DNA of 64,000 bases from assembly GCF_902713615.1 (NCBI RefSeq), contig NC_052152.1, positions 35,129,810-35,193,809 of the forward strand, in the 5' to 3' direction. A program made the position numbers and the translations under genes. The first letter of the stretch is position 1. Each line of letters starts with the position of its first letter. Positions 35,810 to 46,689 of the stretch are shown piece after piece. The stretch comes from Scyliorhinus canicula. Taxonomy: Eukaryota. The notes under the pieces are model-generated. The model saw nothing but the letters and a program-made list of their open reading frames with translations, was not told the origin of the DNA and ran no database searches.

Positions 35810-36101
35810 TGATGAGACCATCAATTCACAAGACACATGATTGGAAGTAAACCGTGGTTTTAATAGTCTTACAACTAAGCCAGCCTGCGACCAGAGGAAC
35901 TGAGAGCAGGCCTACGGCTGCAGAGCTTTATACTTCCGGTTAGTGGGAGGAGCCATGGGCGGAGCCAAGGGTGGAGCCAAGTACAAACTCCTCATCTCCC
36001 CCTATGGGCAGAGCCACTCAACGGCTCGTATACAGAGCCCACAAGGACACAATACATGTAATACAACACAGTGTGAATTACTAGGTATCTAATTCACCAC
36101 A
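35810..36101 (-). repeat. 3' LTR of the Gypsy element
   Basis: Direct repeat of 40340-40631. Confidence 0.95.
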
Positions 36102-36289
36102 TTCACACCCTGTAAAAAAAATTAAGTCCGGCGGGGGGTGATGGGTCTACAAATTGAGCCGGTCCGGCGGCCGAGTCGTCCTTTGGGATCGGTGGAGCAC
36201 CTGGGTTGCAGCCTCTTCGAGTGGCTGAGTGGGGGCGGTCGGCGAGGGTACGATGGTGGACTCCAGGGGTGATTCGGTCCGAGCGTCCT

Positions 36290-38940
36290 ACCCGACTGGT
36301 GCGACGGGGAGCGCAGGAAACCTATAGGTGCGGGGGCGCGGAGCATGGGCAGTGAACCTATAGGTGCGGGGGCACAGGGCGCGGAGGGTTGGGTGGGGCG
36401 TAGCGTGGGGGGTACCTTGGCGGTAGTGGTGGTAGAGTTGGATCCTGCAGGTGCCAGGTCCCGGAGGGAAACCAGTGTCCTGACGGCCGTCGGGGTATTC
36501 GATGAAAGCGTATTGGGGGTTCGAGTGGAGTAGGAGCACTCTTTCTACGAGTGGATCAGTTTTGTGTGCCCGGATGTGCTTCTGGAGGAGAACCGGGCCA
36601 GGTGTCTTCAACCAATCTGGGAGCGAAACCCCCATGGTAGTGCCCCTAGAAAAAACAAATAGACGTTCGTGAGGGGTCTGGTGCATAGGAGGGACCTAAT
36701 GGCATGGAGCGCGTCGGGCAGGACCTCCTGCCAATGGGTGGTCGGGAGATTCCTGGACCAGAGGGTCAGTAGGACGGTCTTCCAGACCGTCGCGTTCTCA
36801 CTCTCCACCTGCCCGTTCCCCCTGGGGTTGTAGCTGGTAGTCCTGCTCGAGGCGATGCCCTTGTCGAGCAGGTACTGACGCAGCTCGTCGCTCATAAAGG
36901 ACGAACCCCTGTCGCTGTGTACATAGCTGGGGAAACCGAACAGGGTGAAGATACTGTGCAGGGCTCTGATGACTGTGTGGGAGGTCATATCGGGGCACGG
37001 GATGGCAAAGGGGAAGCGGGGAGAACTCATCGATAATGTTCAAAAAGTACACATTTCGATTGGTCGAGGGAAGTGGCCCTTTGAAATCGATGCTCAGACG
37101 TTCAAAGGGCCAGGAGGCCTTTACCAGGTGGGCCTTGTCTGGTCTATAGAAGTGCGGTTTGCACTCCGCGCAGATCGGGCAATACCTAGTGATGGCTTTT
37201 ACCTCCTCGGTGGAGAAAGGCAAATTATGGGCTTTGACGTAGTGGGCGAGCCGGGTGACCCCCGGGTGGCAGAGGTCATTGTGGATAGCTTTCAGGTGGT
37301 CGTCTTGCGCGCTGGCGCACGTACCGCTGGACAGGGAATCTGGGGGCTCGTTGAGCTTCCCCGGTCGATACATAATATCATACTTGTAGGTGGAGAGTTC
37401 CATCCTCCACCACAGGATTTTCTCATTTTTAATTTTGCCCCTTTGTGACTTGTCAAACATGAAGGCAACCGATCTTTGAGCAGTGATGAGGGTGAACCTC
37501 TTACCTGCGAGGTAGTGCCTCCAGTGTCGTTTAGCTTCCACGATGGCTTGTGCTTCCTTTTCGACTGAGGAGTGTCGAAGTTCCGAAGTGGAGAGGGTTC
37601 GGGAGAAAATGACGACTGGTCTCCCTGCCTGATTCAGAGTGGCTGCGAGAGCGACCGCTGAGGCGTCGCTCTCCACCTGGAAGGGGACGGATTCATCCAC
37701 CGCCCACATGGCAGCTTTGGCGATGTCCTCCTTGATGCAGTTGAAGGCCTGGCGGGCCTCAGCTGACAGAGGAAAGAGTGTGGCCTTAAATAGTGGGCGG
37801 GCTTTGTCCGCATACTGAGGGACCCACTGGGCATAATACGAGAAGACTCCCAGGCACCTCTTGAGGGCCCTGGGACAATGAGGGAGAGGGAGTTGCATAC
37901 GGTCCGTGTCGGGGCCCAGGACTCCGTTTTCCACGACATAGCCGAGGATGGCTAGCCTGGTCATGTGGAAAACACATTTCTCCATGTTATACGTGAGGTT
38001 AAGTTCCTGGGCAGTTTGGAGAAATCGATGGAGGTTGGTGTCATGGTCCTGCTGATCATGGCCGCAGATGCTGACGTTATCCTAGTACAGAAACGTGGCC
38101 CGCAGCCCGTACTGATCCACATTCGGTCCATTGCTCGTTGTAACACCGAGAGCCTTTCCTGAAGCCAAAGGGGACCCGGAAGAAATGTAAGAGGCGGCCA
38201 TCTGCCTCGAACGCCGTATAGTGGCGGTCCTCCGGGCGGATTGGGAGCTGGTGGTATGCAGACTTCAGATCCACCGTGGAGAAGATGCAGTACTGGGCGA
38301 TCTGATTCACCATATCTGCTATCCTGGGGAGGGGGTATGCATCGAGGAGCATGAACCGATTAATGGTTTGGCTATAGTCCACTACCATTCGGAATTTTTC
38401 CTCGGTCTTGAGCTCTCCAGGGGCTGTTACTGGCCTCTATGACCCCCTCACGTAGGAGCCTCTGGACCTCGGTTCTGATAAACACCCTGACCTGCAGGCT
38501 GTATCGCCTGCTGCGAGTGGCTACGGGTTTGCAGTCCAGAGTGAGGTTAGCAAAGAGTGGAGGGGGTTCGTTTTTAGCGTCGCTAGACTGCAGATAGTGA
38601 GTGGAGGTAGGGGTTTGCCGAAGCTGAGTGTGAGGCTTTTGAGGTTACATTGGAAGACGAGTCCCAGAAGAGTGGGGCGCAGAGTTCGAGTAGCTGGCGC
38701 CCTGAATCGTTAGGGCTGCGACGGTGCGCCCTTGGAGGTGAACAGAGTGTGAGCCCAAAGCGAGGGAGATAGTTTGCCGTGCAGGAAAGATAGGGAGCGA
38801 ACAGCGTCTTACCAGTTCAGGGTGTACGAAGCTCTCGGTGCTCCCAGAGTTGAAGAGGCATGGTGTACTGTACCCGTTGATTTTAATGGTCATCATAGAG
38901 TTCCGGAGGTGTTTCGGACGCGACTGGTCCAACGTGACCG
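36290..38940 (-). pseudogene. pol: Gypsy pol (protease, RT, RNase H, integrase), disrupted
   Basis: CLFNSGS (decayed protease), DLKSAYHQ, Y*DNV (stop in the RT catalytic motif), VESDAS / EKEAQA (RNase H), HNDLCHPG..CPICAEC, IDFKGP, HSDRG and GNGQVE (integrase). Confidence 0.92.
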
Positions 38941-39056
38941 CGCTGAGTTGCGGGTAGTCGGCGGCTCGATCAGCTGTGCTGGAGTGACCCCGTGATGACT
39001 GTCCGCTGACGTTGTAGTCGTTGAGATGAGGTTCAGAGACTGGAGAGGATGGAGCC

Positions 39057-39361
39057 TGTTGGAACCAACAATTCTACGGACACGTGCTTGTAGGATTAGA
39101 ATAGCAATTTTAATATACTCACAACAGAGCCAGCCGGTTAGCCATTGAACTTTCGGTGAACTGGCCGGCTGACCATGTGGCACTGATCTTTATACAGCAG
39201 CTCCAGGGGAGGAGTCCTGGGCGGAACCAAGGGAAAAGCCCAGTACAATTCTCGAGCATTCCCAGAGCTACTCCCAGTGGTGGTCAGGTAGTGCAACTGC
39301 ACTTACAATATAGGCACATGTATATATAGATTATAATACGGTGTGAACCACATTCACCACA
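39057..39361 (-). mobile_element. Solo LTR of a related Gypsy family inserted at the gag-pol junction
   Basis: TG..CA ends, TSD GAGCC (39052-39056 / 39362-39366), same ATTCACCACA terminus as the host LTR. Confidence 0.9.
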
Positions 39362-39369
39362 GAGCCCAA

Positions 39370-40304
39370 GATGGCCGTCCCCCGTGGATCGCGCGTGGCG
39401 GGCGGCGAGGAAGATGGCGTCCAAGATAGCAGATAGCTATATGAGTCGCACGTGGCCGGCCGCGTGGAGGAGGATTGCCAAGATGGCGGCCCCCATGAGT
39501 CGCACATGTCGGGTGGGGGCGGGGTCGGCATACAGGCTGCAGCCCTACGGGGCCTGTGGGGCCTTTCTTCGCTAGGCATAACTGGGTATAGTGTCCTTTG
39601 CGACCGCAGCTGCTGCAGGTCGCGTTGCGGACTGGGCAGTGCTGCCGTGGGTGTTGGGGCTGCCCACAAAAATGGCACGCTGGTGCTGCATAGTGGGTGG
39701 GTGGCTGCGCGGCGCAGGCCTGGAGCAGTCGCTGGTCGGGGGCCCATGATGGGATCGCTTGGTCCGCGGTGAACGAGGTGAGGCTGCGGGATGAGACCTC
39801 CATGGTTGTAGCTAACTCTACAGTGTCCTCCAAGTTCTGGGCCCCTTTCTCAAGCAACCATTGGCGCACATAGTTGGACCTGAACCCTGCCACGTATACA
39901 TCCCGGACCGCGAGCTCCATATGTTGGGCGGCTGTTACAGCCTGATAATTGCAGTCCCGAGCTAAGGCTTTTAAATTGCGCAGGAATTCTTCCAGCGACT
40001 CCGCGGGGCGCTGGCGGCGGATTGTAAAAATGTGGCACGCGTAGACCTCGTTGGTGGGCCGCACACACATTTGATCGAGCATAGCCATGGCCTCCGTATA
40101 CGAGGTAGTACAGTTAAGTTGTGTAGAGATACGATGGCTCACCCTTGCGTGCAGTAGGCTGAGTTTCTGCTCCTCCGTAGTTTCTGAAGTGCTTGATTCA
40201 GCCAGGTAGGCCTTGAAACATCTGAGGCAGTGTAGAAAGATTTATTTCACTTCTGCAGCCTGCGGGTCGAGTTCTAGTCGGTCAGGTTTGAGGGCTGATT
40301 CCAT
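39370..40304 (-). pseudogene. gag: Gypsy gag (disrupted)
   Basis: ATG at 40304 (MESALKPDRLELDP), early stop; zinc knuckles CHFCGQPQHPRQHC and CSSCGRKGHYTQLC. Confidence 0.85.
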
Positions 40305-40339
40305 AGTAGTTTTCTTCAAGTTTCCTAAGACTATTAAAT

Positions 40340-40631
40340 TGATGAGACCATCAATTCACAAGACACGTGATTGGAAGTAAACCGTGGTTTTAATAGTCTT
40401 ACAACTAAGCCAGCCTGCGACCAGAGGAACTGAGAGCAGGCTTATGGCTGCAGAGCTTTATACTTCCGGTTAGTGGGAGGAGCTATGGGCGGAGCCAAGG
40501 GTGGAGCCCAGTACAAACTCCTCATCTCCCCTTATGGGCAGAGCCGCGCAACGGCTCATGTACAGAGCCCACGAGGACACAATACATGTAATACAACACA
40601 GTGTGAATTACTAGGTATCTAATTCACCACA
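40340..40631 (-). repeat. 5' LTR of the Gypsy element
   Basis: Direct repeat of 35810-36101; TATAAA and ATTAAA on the minus strand. Confidence 0.95.
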
Positions 40632-41139
40632 GCTTGAACCTGGGAGCCCGGCGCTGTGAAGCAACAGTGCTAACCACTGTGCTACCGTGCTGCCCGTACA
40701 GCATAATTGACAAAAGAAGCAATAGTAACATGAGGAAAACTGCTTTCATGCAGTGAGTGGTATACACTGCCCGAGAGTTGGGTGGAGGCCGAATCAATGG
40801 AGACATTGGAGAGGGAATTGAATAATTATCTGCAAAGGAAGGAGCTGCAGGATTATGGGGAGAAGGTGGAGGACCCAGTGAATTATGGGGAGAAGGTGGA
40901 GGACCTAATGAATTGCTCCATCACAAACACAAATGGCCTCCTGTGCTGTAACCGTTCTGTGACCAAGGTATTTTCAATGGGAAAGAACCAAAGCAAAATA
41001 TCTGTAATGGATGGACTGGAGGAGCGGTTAAATGACAAGGTGATCTAAAACAAAAGTAGGTGATAATGGGAAAAGTAAAGAAACAACATTCGCGCCTGGA
41101 GGAGTTGTTGTGAATGGTAAAAGCAGCAGAAGGCCGTGA

Positions 41140-41525
41140 GCTTTTGTTGCATATCAGGTTCCAGAGACTTGATCACAAACATCTAGACTGATACTGCAGT
41201 GTCAGGAGGGCTGCACTGTTAAGGGTGGCATATTTAAGATCATACAATAAATCAGGGCCCTGACTATTCTTTCAGCTGGATGTAAAAGATCCCATGACAT
41301 TATTTTAAAGAAAGGCAAGTAAGTTACCCCTTGGCTAGTGTTTATCCCTCAACCAAGTTCTCTAAAAAAAATGGATTATCTGGTCATTATCACATTGCTC
41401 TTTGTGGGAGCTTGCTGTACAGAAATTGTTGATGTATTTCCTACATTACAACAGTGACTATGCTTCGAAAGTACTTCAAGTGCTTTGGGTTATCCTATGG
41501 TCATGAAAATACAAATATTCTTTCA
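41140..41525 (+). mobile_element. LF-SINE-like element
   Basis: ggatgtaaaagatcccatg..gattatctggtcattatcacattgct..tttcctacattacaacagtgact. Confidence 0.75.
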
Positions 41526-42014
41526 GTAGGGTGAAGTGAAGCATGGAATGCCTGGCAAAAAGGTTAAGGCAGACAAAAGGTTGGTAGATCTCATACTGCT
41601 GATAGGGGATCTCCCTCCCCATGCTCCTACCTGTACCCTTACCCCAGCTGCTCTGGTGCAGCCATCCTTCAATGCTAAACCTTTTTACCTTTTTCTAGTC
41701 CTAACAAAACGTTATCGACCTGAAACCTTGGCCCAGAGCTTCCGGGGGATAATGCTTGGACAGTACCCCGGATGATACGCTGAGGGACATACACATGCAG
41801 ACACACCTCCCCCACCCCCAGACGTCCCCAAGAAATGACTGCATGACAATTGCCAGCGAAGCTGAAACTTCTGAGGGGCAATTACGCTGCATTGAGAACC
41901 TTCTGATACTCTGATTCAAATCAGCGACTTCAGATGGCACTGACTGTCTTAGCAGAATAGTTACCGAGGAAACATCAGAGCAATTTAAATCATTTCCAAC
42001 TTCTGGGTACTGTC

Positions 42015-42600
42015 TGCCCCCCACCCCCACACAAGCCCCCCCCCCCCCCCCCCCCCCCCCACCCCCGGACCATTACTATCTTCCACTAACTGCCCTCCCA
42101 TCACACCAACTACCCATGACTGTCCCCGACTTCCAACAGCCCTACCTTCACCCCCGAGTAGCCCAGCTATTCTCCTGACCCCTCCCCAACTAACCCCCTC
42201 GACTACAACACCGATTACCTTGCCAGACCCACAAATTACTCACCAACTCCATCAACTATGCCCCATTAATCAGCTACGTTCCTGACCCCCAGCTACTCCT
42301 CCACCCCCCCGACTAATCCCCATCCAACACAATTACCCCTCAGCTGCCTCAACCCCCACATCCTTCTCACCTACCCCCCAACGCCTCTTGAATACCCTTG
42401 CCCCAACAAAATTCCCATCAAAACCCCGACTATCTCTCCACCCCCAACTACCCTCCCGATTCCCCAATTACCATCACACCCAACTTCCCTCCTGACCCCC
42501 CCCCCCACCCCCCGATTACCCTCCACCCCTACAACGACCTCCCACACCGTCACCTACCCTTCTGTCACCCCAACTACGCCCAGGCACCTTGCCGACTCTC
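42015..42600. repeat. C-rich low-complexity degenerate repeat (cccaactacc-like units) with a poly-C tract
   Basis: Directly visible; strong C/G strand skew. Confidence 0.75.
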
Positions 42601-44035
42601 TGACTATTTGGCCTCCACAGCTTTCTGCGGCAAAGAGCGCCACAGATTCACCACCCTCTGACTGACGAAATTCCTCCTCATCACAGTTTTAAAGGATGGT
42701 CATTTCAGTCTGAGGCTGTGGCATTGGCTTTTAGTTTTTCCTACTAGTGGAAACATTCTCTGCACGTCCACTGTATCTCGGCCTCTCAGTATCCTGTAAG
42801 TTTCAAAAACGTCCCCCTCATCCTTCTAATCTCCAATGAGTACTGACCCAGTCCTCAACCGCTCCTCATATGCTCAATGGGAGAGGGGAGGTGAAAGGGC
42901 AGGTGTTGCATGCAATGTCAGCATCGCATTTGTTGCCCATCTTGAACTGAGTGGCATGCCAGGACATTGTAGATGGCAGTTAATAATGGATACGTTTTCA
43001 GGACTTGCAGCACTACAGATGGATGCACAATTGCCATGTTTGGTTGTGAGCTTTGCAGATGCAGGCTACAATTTTGGGGACATGGATATGTGTCTAAATA
43101 CCACAGAGCTTTCCACTGATATTGCTGACTTTATCCTCCAAAAAGCTATCAATGTGCCTTGCTATCAACTGCTGCAGAAATAGCTCTGCAAAATTACTCC
43201 CAGCTCTATTAAAAGCATCTGCAAGTTCCAAACATTTTCACTATTTTCTCCCCCTGTCAATTTCATCTTATGTACATAATGCACAGCAGGTGTCATTTGC
43301 ACTTTGTCACCAATCATCTAATACAAATACTTTTGAAGATCTTGCTTCCTAGAAAATGTTCTGTTCCATTTGTTGTGATATTACTCAAATTGTTCCATTG
43401 AATCTATGGTGATGTGTACTGGTAATTACGTGGTATAAATTTCAAATGTTCCATATTGATAAAATATACAGCGTGTTTCATTTGCTAAGTTCTTTTTGCC
43501 ATCAAATTAGAAAGATTGAAAATTCTACAATTACTTTGAAAATCCTTCCAAGTGCATGTGTTTGATAAACTGTGTATCAGATTATGTCAATGTTTAGGAT
43601 GCAGTCTTTACTTGTTTTCTGTAAACAATTGCAAAAACATTTTCATTTGCAACAGACTTACACATACTTTGAATTTGAGATGTTTCTTGGTGATTTTATT
43701 TTTGGGGCTTGTTTAAAGAATAAAGCAATAACTACAAAATAGGCACCCAAGTACAACATTATGCTAGTTTACCTGATCTGCATGTCTTCAGCATATCTAC
43801 TACAATCATTACCACCCTTTACTGTCTCTCTCCCTCTGTCCTATCCCAGATTTCCTCTTTTAGTTCTTCCTCCCCATTTCAACGGCAAAAAAAATCATCA
43901 CATTTCTATCCTTTTTCATTTCCGAAGAGTCATATTCAACTCAAAACAACTCAATTTCTCTCTCCAGACCTGCTGAGTATTTACAGCACAGAAGCAGACC
44001 CAGAGGCCTGCTGTGCATGTAAGAAACAAGGCCCC

Positions 44036-44320
44036 TGATGTAACTATCAATTCACCAGACACGTGTTTCCGATATGAATATAGGCTTTAATCGACTTACT
44101 ACAGAGCCAGTCTGTTACTCGTTGATGAACTCTCAGTGAACTGCAGGCTGACTCTGGACAAGGGTATTTATACAGCAGCACTAGGGGGAGGAGTCATGGG
44201 CGGAGCCAAGGCTGGAGACCTGTACAAGCTCCTGAGCATTCCCAGGGGTCCCCTAGTGGTCGGATAACGCTACTGCGCTTAAAAAGATATAGTGTGAATT
44301 ATCATGTTACATTCACCACA
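44036..44320 (-). mobile_element. Solo LTR (same Gypsy group)
   Basis: TGATG..TTCACCACA, TSD GCCCC on both sides. Confidence 0.9.
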
Positions 44321-44689
44321 GCCCCGATTACAAGAAAATGGATGAGGGGAGGGCAGGGGATTGGTAAAATGTAGAGAACCAAAAGTGTGGAAGATTGGTG
44401 GGTGGGGATGGGAATGCCAGTGTGGGGGTGGGGTAGTAGAAGAATGGCAGCATAAGACAGGTGTAATATGTAAGATTAATAATGAACTTTAACAGGGGAG
44501 AAAGTGTATATATGCAAAATGGGTTAAAGAAAATCCCTGGTATAAGACAAAGAAGCAGAATTAGGCTACTTGGCCCATCGGGTCTGCTCCGCCATTCAAT
44601 CATGGTTGATATGTTTCTCATCCCCCTTCTCCTGCCTTCTCCCCATAACCCCTGATCCCCTTATGTATTATTCACACATACCCACACCA

Positions 44690-44997
44690 GGGAAGCATGG
44701 TGGCATAGTGGTTAGCACTGCTACATTACAGGGACCCCGGGTTCAATTCCAGCCTCGGGTGACTGTCTGTGTGGAGCTAACACTTTCTCCCCGTGTCTGT
44801 GTGGGCTTCCTCCGCGTGCTCCAGTGTCCTCCCAGTCTAAAGATGTACAGGTGGATCGGTCATGATAGATTTCCCCTTAGGGTGGGGGTCACAGGAATAG
44901 GGCGGGGGGTTAGGCCTAGGCAGGGTGTTCTTTCGAAGGGTTGGTGCAGACCCGATGGGCCGAATGGCCTCCTTCGGCATTGCAGGGATTGTGATAT
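44690..44997 (+). mobile_element. HE1-type SINE
   Basis: Same consensus. Confidence 0.85.
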
Positions 44998-45099
44998 AAA
45001 GTGCTTTACTGGTGATTAGTGTGCAAACAGTGTGCAGGTGTTTCTTTCTGGGGGGAGAGCTGAGGCCTCTGTTTATTTTAAACTGGGGTGTTTTTAAGT

Positions 45100-45530
45100 G
45101 TTGCCGCCATGTGCACTGGGTGGGGGCTGAGCTCCTTCCTGCGTCCCCCCGGTTCCCCTGGAAACAAGAGCTGGTCTCCTCTTCGGCGCAGCACTTTCGA
45201 CATTCCTCGCCAGCGACCGCGTTTGAAAATAACCGGCCCGGCGCGTGGCGGCGTCCGCGGGGGTGGCCGGGCTCCGCCGCCGCTCGCGCGCTCCCGGCCT
45301 CCGGCCCCCATTTATGGGAGGCTGCAGGGAGGGAGGGGGGTTTGTGTGGAATGTGCGGCTCGGCTCCCCTCATCCTCCTTCCAGTGTCGGCGCCGCATTG
45401 CCCGGGCGGGGAGGAGGAGCAGGAGCGGCAGCAGGGTTGGAAGCCACACCTCAGGTACGGGGAAGGAACGGCTCACTCATTCACACCCGGGTGGCGGGGC
45501 CAGAGATCACCCTCTCCACTCCCGGTGGGT
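45100..45530 (+). promoter_or_regulatory. CpG-island promoter and probable first exon of an unidentified plus-strand gene (donor after 45454)
   Basis: Very GC/CpG-rich unique block; X-box-like GTTCCCCTGGAAAC at 45152-45165; donor CAG|GTACGG. Confidence 0.55.
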
Positions 45531-45899
45531 TATAATTAACCTCCCTCTTTGAAGCCTGGCTCTGAAGTGTGTGCCATGTATGAGGGCCGCTAGGGAGGGG
45601 GGGGGGGGGAGGGCATTGCACGAGTTAGTGAATCCCAAACAAATGCTGAACAATCTCAGCAGCTCTGACAGCATCTGTGGAGAGAGAATGGAGCTGACGG
45701 TTCGGGTCAGGACACTGTGCTCAGCTGCAATGATATTCCAGAACATGTGCTGGGAGGTGTCTCCTTTTAAATGGACCAATGTTTATTGGGACCACGTGGA
45801 GCCAACTGCTGCCTCCCCAACTCTGCTGGAGCAGCCAATCTCCACCCATTTAGTAAGGATTTGTAAAGGCTTTTGTCCCAACAATTGCCATATGACATG

Positions 45900-46652
45900 A
45901 GGACAGCACAAAATTGTTGCTTCACAGCGCCAGGGTCCCAGGTTCGATTCCCGCTTGGATCACTGTCCATGCGGAGTTTGCACGTTCTCCATGTGTCTAT
46001 GTGGGTTTCCTCCGGGTGCTCCAGTTTCTGCCCACAAGTCCCGAAAGACGTGCTTGTTAGGTGAATTGGACATTCTGAATGCTCCCTCTGTGTACCTGAA
46101 CAGGCGTCGGACTGTGGCAACTAGGGGCTTTTCACAGTAACTTTATTGCAGTGTTAATGTAAGCCTACTTGTGACAATAATAAACATTATTATTAATCCA
46201 AGTGCAGGGTTCCCTTCCACGTTTGTAGTTGATTTGATGCCACAGTTACAATAATGATTTAAAATAAATCAGGATTCAACTCCTGTTGCATGTCATAGTG
46301 TTGGATTTGGTGTTAGTGGGATCTTAATGCAGGGGGTGGGGGGAGGGCGGTGCTCCTTGCTTTTTTTTACTTCTGGTAGCTCATGAGCGTTTCTCCCTGG
46401 TTTCTAAGCTGGGAAACTAACTTGCTATCATTTTATTAAATTAGTAACCAATTACTTATTTAAAATAAGTTAGAGTACCCAATTCATTTTTTCAGTTAAG
46501 GGGCAATTTATCGTGGCCAATCCACCAAGCCTGCACATCTTTGGGTTGTGGGGGCTAAACTCCATATGGACAGTGACTCAGAGTCGGGATCGAACCTGGG
46601 ACCTCGGCACCGTGCGGCAGCAGGGCTAACCCACTGCGCCACCGTGTTGCCT
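45900..46652. mobile_element. Two HE1-type SINEs (45900-46195 plus, 46460-46652 minus)
   Basis: Same consensus. Confidence 0.85.
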
Positions 46653-46689
46653 GTTAGTAACTAGTTACTTGATCAAATAAATGAAAAGA

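Larger units (their letters stand above)
35810..40631 (-). mobile_element. Full-length decayed Ty3/Gypsy LTR retrotransposon
   Basis: Two 292-bp TG..CA LTRs (35810-36101, 40340-40631) with about 11 mismatches; 5-bp TSD GCTTG; gag-PR-RT-RNaseH-IN order; purine-rich tract before the 3' LTR; multiple stops and frameshifts. Confidence 0.97.
35591..40695 (-). mobile_element. HE1-type SINE split by the Gypsy insertion (35591-35809 and 40632-40695)
   Basis: SINE body left of the provirus, tRNA-like head right of it. Confidence 0.85.

Noticed and set aside
36798-37985. 395-aa ORF as a functional or domesticated pol gene
   Set aside because: Flanked by frameshifts, with a stop in the RT catalytic motif and a solo LTR at the gag-pol junction; the element is dead.
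40849-40910. 30-bp tandem duplication (also a 17-bp duplication at 60588-60622)
   Set aside because: Two-copy local duplications within decayed LINEs; no spacers, so not CRISPR-like.
44837-45552. Several overlapping 100-180 aa ORFs on both strands
   Set aside because: Explained by stop-codon scarcity in a CpG island plus SINE sequence; no recognisable domain.
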